A stretch of DNA of 64,000 nt from the NCBI GenBank assembly GCA_030153785.1, contig JASKLF010000004.1, positions 17,551-81,550 on the forward strand, written 5' to 3'. This stretch comes from a bacterium. Lineage in GTDB: Bacteria > Synergistota > GBS-1. Below, piece after piece: positions 60,142-64,000 of this stretch. The notes under the pieces were generated by a model. That model did no database searches, had not been told where the DNA came from, and was given only the letters and a program-made list of their open reading frames with translations. The position numbers were made by a program, and so were the translations under genes. Numbering within the stretch: the first letter of the stretch is position 1; the number at the start of each line of letters is the position of its first letter.

Positions 60142-60816
60142 ATGAGGATATCGCTGTTGGTTAGAAAAGATGAAGGGGAAAACATATGGAATATACTTTC
60201 AAGAAAGGGATATGAGTTCCAAGCCCTCGATGATTTAGAGGATGTGATTATGGAACTCGAAGAGAAAGGCACGGACCTTGCCATTGTCGATATGGATTTG
60301 CTTACAGGGGGTAGTGACTCACTGAGAAAATTCAAGGATATTGTCCTTGACTCTTGTATTCCAGTTATAGTTCTCGTATCTAAGGTGGATTTGTTCCTAT
60401 TGTTTGAAGATATTTGGTTTACAGATTTCTTGGTAAAGCCTTTTAGTTCAGAGGAGCTATTAATAAGAGTAACGAAAGCCCTAAAAGGTAGTAGAACCAA
60501 CCTTGAAGAAACGGGTATTATAAGGCATGGGGATTTAATAATAGATACTGAAAGATGTAAGGTGATTTTTAAAGGTAAGGATATTTCTCTGACCTTTAAA
60601 GAATATGAGTTGTTAAAGCTTCTCGTTTCTAATAAGGGAAGAGTCTTTAGGAGAGAAGAGCTTTTAAGCAAATTATGGGGTTATGACTATTATGGTGGAG
60701 ACAGAACAGTGGATACTCATATAAGTAGGCTTAGGAACAAGCTTGGGGATTACGATCACAAATACATTCAAACTGTGAGAAACATAGGTTACAAATTTAA
60801 TGAAGAGGAGTTTTAG
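60142..60816 (+). CDS. OmpR/PhoB-family winged-helix response regulator with atypical receiver domain
   Basis: A C-terminal trans_reg_C domain (LTFKEYELLKLLVSNKGRVFRREELL...GGDRTVDTHISRLRNKLG). The receiver has the phospho-acceptor D (LAIVDMD), but the N-terminal acidic pair is degenerate. Confidence 0.75.
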   Translation: MRISLLVRKDEGENIWNILSRKGYEFQALDDLEDVIMELEEKGTDLAIVDMDLLTGGSDSLRKFKDIVLDSCIPVIVLVSKVDLFLLFEDIWFTDFLVKPFSSEELLIRVTKALKGSRTNLEETGIIRHGDLIIDTERCKVIFKGKDISLTFKEYELLKLLVSNKGRVFRREELLSKLWGYDYYGGDRTVDTHISRLRNKLGDYDHKYIQTVRNIGYKFNEEEF

Positions 60817-62576
60817 TGAAAATGAGGCTTTTGAGGATAGGTTTGGCTCAAATAAACCCAATAGTCGGTGACTTTGATCATAATTTAGGCAAAATTTTCA
60901 GTTTTGTTACTGGAGCAAAGGAGAAGGAAATAGATCTGTTATGCTTTCCAGAACTCTGCTTAACTGGATACCCTCCAGAGGACCTTCTTCTTAGGCCAGC
61001 CTTTTTAAGAGATGGTCTTAAAGCTCTTTATAAGATAATTGAATTTACCAAAGGCAAAAGGATTGTATTGATAGTCGGCTTTGTGGATGTAAATGTCGAC
61101 ATATTTAATGCTGCGGCTATCGTAAGTGATGGTGAGCTTAAAGGTGTTTATCATAAGATGTATCTGCCTAATTATGGCGTATTTGATGAGGAAAGATATT
61201 TTAGGGCGGGAGACGCTCCTCTTCTCATTGAGTTAAACGGGATTAAGATTGGTATAACGATTTGTGAAGATATGTGGTATCCCATAGGTCCTGCTGTAAC
61301 CGAAGTGGTGAATGGTGCAGAACTTATAGTGAACATAAGCGCTTCCCCGTATCATATGGGGAAAAGGGAATTAAGGGAGAAAATGTTTTCCATTAGGGCA
61401 TTTGACATGCTTACTCCGGTAGCTTATGTGAATATGGTGGGTGGTCAAGACGAGCTGGTATTTGATGGTTATAGCTTCATCGTTGACGAAAATGGCGAAA
61501 TAATAGCTAGGGGTGATGGGTTTGAGGAGTGTTTGGTTATAGCAGACATTTTATTTGGAGATGTCTCAAGGCATAGATTGCGTGACCCAAGACTTCGAAA
61601 GGAAAAATTTAGGAGCATGGTAAAACAGGCGGAAGCGAAACTTATCTGTATTGATGGAGGTAAGGGAAAGAAGAAGGGTAGCTTCTACTTTAAGCAAAAC
61701 GGTATTAAAAATCCGTTATCTCCCCTTGAGGAGGTTTACAAAGCTCTTGTTACAGGAGTTAGAGACTATGTTAGGAAAAATGGTTTTAAAAAAGTTGTAA
61801 TAGGACTTTCCGGAGGGATAGATTCTAGCCTTGTTGCTACCATAGCTGTTGATGCTCTTGGTGCTCAAAACGTCGTTGGGGTTTTTATGCCATCACGGTT
61901 TTCCTCTACAGAGAGTAAAGAAGATGCGGAAAAGCTTGCTACCAACTTAGGAATAGAGTTCAGGGTAATTCCTATTGAACCTGTCTTTCAAGCCTATCTT
62001 GATGTGCTTTCACCACATTTTGTGGGAACTGAACCTAACGTGGCTGAAGAAAATATCCAAGCGAGGATAAGGGGAAACATATTAATGGCCCTATCTAATA
62101 AATTTGGTTGGTTGGTCTTAACTACAGGTAATAAAAGCGAGATGGCGTGTGGCTATGCCACTCTTTATGGAGATATGGCAGGAGGATTTGCTGTTATAAA
62201 GGACATTCCTAAGACGCTCGTTTATAAGCTTGCTCTTTGGAGGAATGAGTTGGAAGGCAGGGATATCATTCCTAAAAGAGTTCTTGAAAAACCTCCTTCG
62301 GCTGAATTGAGGCCGAATCAAAAAGATACTGATAGTTTACCGCCTTATGATATTTTAGATGAGGTACTTAAGATGTATGTTGAGGAAAATCTTCCTATTG
62401 ACCATATTATTTCATTGGGATTAGACCCTATGGTTGTATTAAAGGTTGCAAGGATGGTGGACAAAAGCGAGTATAAGCGTAGACAGGCTCCTCCAGGGAT
62501 TAGAGTATCTAAACTGGCTTTTGGTAGAGACAGGCGTGTTCCTGTAACCAACAGCTATAGGGAAAACGATTTGTAA
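60816..62576 (+). CDS. nadE: glutamine-dependent NAD+ synthetase
   Basis: An N-terminal CN-hydrolase domain (CFPELCLTGYPPED) and a C-terminal PP-loop SGGIDSS. The start overlaps the RR stop by one nucleotide (TAGTG). Confidence 0.9.
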   Translation: MKMRLLRIGLAQINPIVGDFDHNLGKIFSFVTGAKEKEIDLLCFPELCLTGYPPEDLLLRPAFLRDGLKALYKIIEFTKGKRIVLIVGFVDVNVDIFNAAAIVSDGELKGVYHKMYLPNYGVFDEERYFRAGDAPLLIELNGIKIGITICEDMWYPIGPAVTEVVNGAELIVNISASPYHMGKRELREKMFSIRAFDMLTPVAYVNMVGGQDELVFDGYSFIVDENGEIIARGDGFEECLVIADILFGDVSRHRLRDPRLRKEKFRSMVKQAEAKLICIDGGKGKKKGSFYFKQNGIKNPLSPLEEVYKALVTGVRDYVRKNGFKKVVIGLSGGIDSSLVATIAVDALGAQNVVGVFMPSRFSSTESKEDAEKLATNLGIEFRVIPIEPVFQAYLDVLSPHFVGTEPNVAEENIQARIRGNILMALSNKFGWLVLTTGNKSEMACGYATLYGDMAGGFAVIKDIPKTLVYKLALWRNELEGRDIIPKRVLEKPPSAELRPNQKDTDSLPPYDILDEVLKMYVEENLPIDHIISLGLDPMVVLKVARMVDKSEYKRRQAPPGIRVSKLAFGRDRRVPVTNSYRENDL

Positions 62577-62590
62577 CATGATTGTAACAA
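62573..62590 (+). promoter_or_regulatory. direct repeat TGTAACA-GATT-TGTAACA upstream of glnA (candidate OmpR-family operator)
   Basis: The 7-mer repeats at 62573-62579 and 62584-62590 have an 11-bp period. They lie ~30 nt upstream of a TATAAT -10 at 62621-62626. Confidence 0.35.
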
Positions 62591-62679
62591 ACGGGAAAAG
62601 CTTTTGTAAAATGTTTGATATATAATGTCTGAAAAATCAGGGTATGAAGCGAAGTAGAATAGTTAAGGAGGGATAGTTT

Positions 62680-64000
62680 ATGGAAAAGCGTGATGAGGCA
62701 AAAGAATACGTTTTAAAAGTAGTTAAGGAGCGTAACATTAAATTTATCAAGCTGTGGTTCACTGATATTTTAGGATTCTTGAAGAGTTTTACTATTACGG
62801 CTGAAGAACTTCCTGGAGCTTTAGAGCGTGGTGTTGCTTTCGATGGCTCTTCGATAGAGGGCTTTGTTAGGATTGAAGAAAGTGATATGATAGCTATGCC
62901 CGACCCTTCTACTTTTTGTGTTCTTCCTTGGCGTCCTAAGGATTATGGTGTAGCGAGAATGTTTTGTGATATTTTGAACTCCGATGGAACTCCTTTTGAA
63001 GGTGATCCGCGTTATGTCCTCAGGCGTAATTTAAAGAAGGCTGCCGAAAAAGGTTTTACATATTATGTTGGTCCAGAATTAGAATATTTCTACTTCAAAA
63101 ATTCTGAGTCAACGGAGTTTTTAGACTTTGGAGGCTATTTTGATGCGACTCCTCTGGATATGGCAATAGATTTGAGGCGTCAGACGGTTCTTTTGCTTAA
63201 TGAAATGGGAATAAATGTGGAGGTAAGCCATCATGAAGTGGCTTACAGCCAGCATGAGATAGATATAAAATACGCGGATGCCTTGACTATGGCTGACAAT
63301 GTTATGACTCATAAGATGGTTGTTAAGCAGGTTGCCTTGATGAATGGTGTATATGCGACTTTTATGCCTAAACCTGTATATGGGATTAATGGCAGTGGTA
63401 TGCATGTTCATCAGTCGCTTTTTAAAGATGGTAAAAATGCCTTCTATGACCCAAATGGATACTATGGCCTTTCTAAGATAGGACTTGGCTTTGTTGCTGG
63501 GCTGTTGAAATATGCTCCGGAGATTACCGCTGTTACATGTCAGTGGGTTAATTCTTATAAACGATTGATTCCTGGATATGAAGCGCCAGCTTACATTTGT
63601 TGGGGGAGAAGAAACCGCTCTGCCTTGGTTCGCGTTCCTGCAGTGTCTGAAGGTATGGGGAATGCTACCCGCGCGGAGTATCGTGCACCCGATCCAGCAT
63701 GTAATCCATATCTTGCTTTCTCGGTTATGTTGGCTGCTGGTCTAAAAGGAATTGAAGAAAATTTGGAACCCCCAGAGCCAGTGGAAGTGGACGTTTATGA
63801 ATTAACTGAAGAGGAAAGAAAGAGACTTGGGATAGAAACTCTTCCAGGTAGCTTGGGAGAGGCCATAACTGTCATGGAAAAAAGTGAACTCGTCAGAGAG
63901 TGCTTAGGAGATCATGTTTTTGAAAGCTTCATTCGTAATAAGAAGAAAGAATGGGATGTTTATCGTGCACAGGTAACAGAGTTTGAAGTAAAAAGATATT
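62680..64000 (+). CDS. glnA: glutamine synthetase type I, 3'-truncated by the window end
   Basis: An AAGGAGGG RBS precedes ATG 62680. GS motifs FDGSSIEGF and ...EVSHHEVA are present. The frame is open to the window end. Confidence 0.9.
   Translation, partial: MEKRDEAKEYVLKVVKERNIKFIKLWFTDILGFLKSFTITAEELPGALERGVAFDGSSIEGFVRIEESDMIAMPDPSTFCVLPWRPKDYGVARMFCDILNSDGTPFEGDPRYVLRRNLKKAAEKGFTYYVGPELEYFYFKNSESTEFLDFGGYFDATPLDMAIDLRRQTVLLLNEMGINVEVSHHEVAYSQHEIDIKYADALTMADNVMTHKMVVKQVALMNGVYATFMPKPVYGINGSGMHVHQSLFKDGKNAFYDPNGYYGLSKIGLGFVAGLLKYAPEITAVTCQWVNSYKRLIPGYEAPAYICWGRRNRSALVRVPAVSEGMGNATRAEYRAPDPACNPYLAFSVMLAAGLKGIEENLEPPEPVEVDVYELTEEERKRLGIETLPGSLGEAITVMEKSELVRECLGDHVFESFIRNKKKEWDVYRAQVTEFEVKRY

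Noticed and set aside
60132-60671. 179-aa minus-strand ORF
   Set aside because: It is antisense to the OmpR-family regulator gene. Further shadow ORFs of the same kind lie at 59691-60101, 34894-35364, 36148-36567, 18184-18606, 18706-19116, 13984-14400 and 11596-11958.
62560-62640. NtcA (GTA-N8-TAC) or Bacillus GlnR/TnrA (TGTNA-N7-TNACA) palindrome upstream of glnA
   Set aside because: The repeats are direct (TGTAACA twice, same orientation), not inverted, so neither palindromic consensus fits.

Overview
The window is a gene-dense (>90% coding) stretch of core chromosome from a moderately AT-rich, probably thermophilic diderm bacterium. Evidence for a diderm is the presence of LptD, Lnt, an outer-membrane-type LysM/M23 peptidase and an archaeal-type V-ATPase. 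I found no rRNA, tRNA, CRISPR array, transposase or integrase. Gene order: a Maf-like (DUF115) protein, secG, an archaeal-type nicotinate phosphoribosyltransferase, a DegT aminotransferase, a small unknown/lipoprotein/BKACE cassette, fba-tal, a CaCA exchanger, rho, a LysM-M23 peptidase, a HEAT protein, pyrG, two secreted K/E/P-rich proteins, an LptC-like protein plus LptD, a YqgF-fusion protein, rpmE, thyX, a DUF1385 protein, prfA-prmC, a PGM/PMM enzyme and an Lnt-like protein. These are followed by a livJHMGF-type ABC transporter, an unknown protein, a CheY-like receiver, cstA, a half-size ArsA/Get3-like ATPase and a complete V/A-type ATPase operon (H-I-K-E-C-F-A-B-D). Then come a gamma-carbonic anhydrase and, on the minus strand, cheR and the trpEGDCFBA operon. 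From 53.1 kb to the window end lies a nitrogen-assimilation supercluster: a split archaeal-type glutamate synthase with its own ferredoxin and flavoprotein, amt, glnK, an atypical OmpR-family regulator, glutamine-dependent nadE and glnA (which runs off the window end). The observations most worth follow-up are listed here. (1) An unannotated 35-codon leader ORF with three consecutive Trp codons and mutually exclusive anti-terminator/terminator hairpins sits upstream of trpE, a classic ribosome-mediated attenuator. (2) A second intrinsic terminator lies in tandem in the same leader. (3) A Pho-box-like direct repeat TGTAACA-N4-TGTAACA lies upstream of glnA, next to an OmpR-family regulator with a degenerate receiver pocket. 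(4) A 13-bp perfect inverted repeat sequesters the amt Shine-Dalgarno. (5) The split GOGAT carries an embedded 4-cluster ferredoxin plus NAD(P)H flavoprotein, and its amidotransferase domain has an N-terminal propeptide. (6) An Lnt-like protein apparently lacks the nitrilase-family nucleophile cysteine. (7) Four promoters are near-consensus sigma70 sites of the form TTGAC(A/T)-N17-TA(G/T)A(A/C)(T/C).
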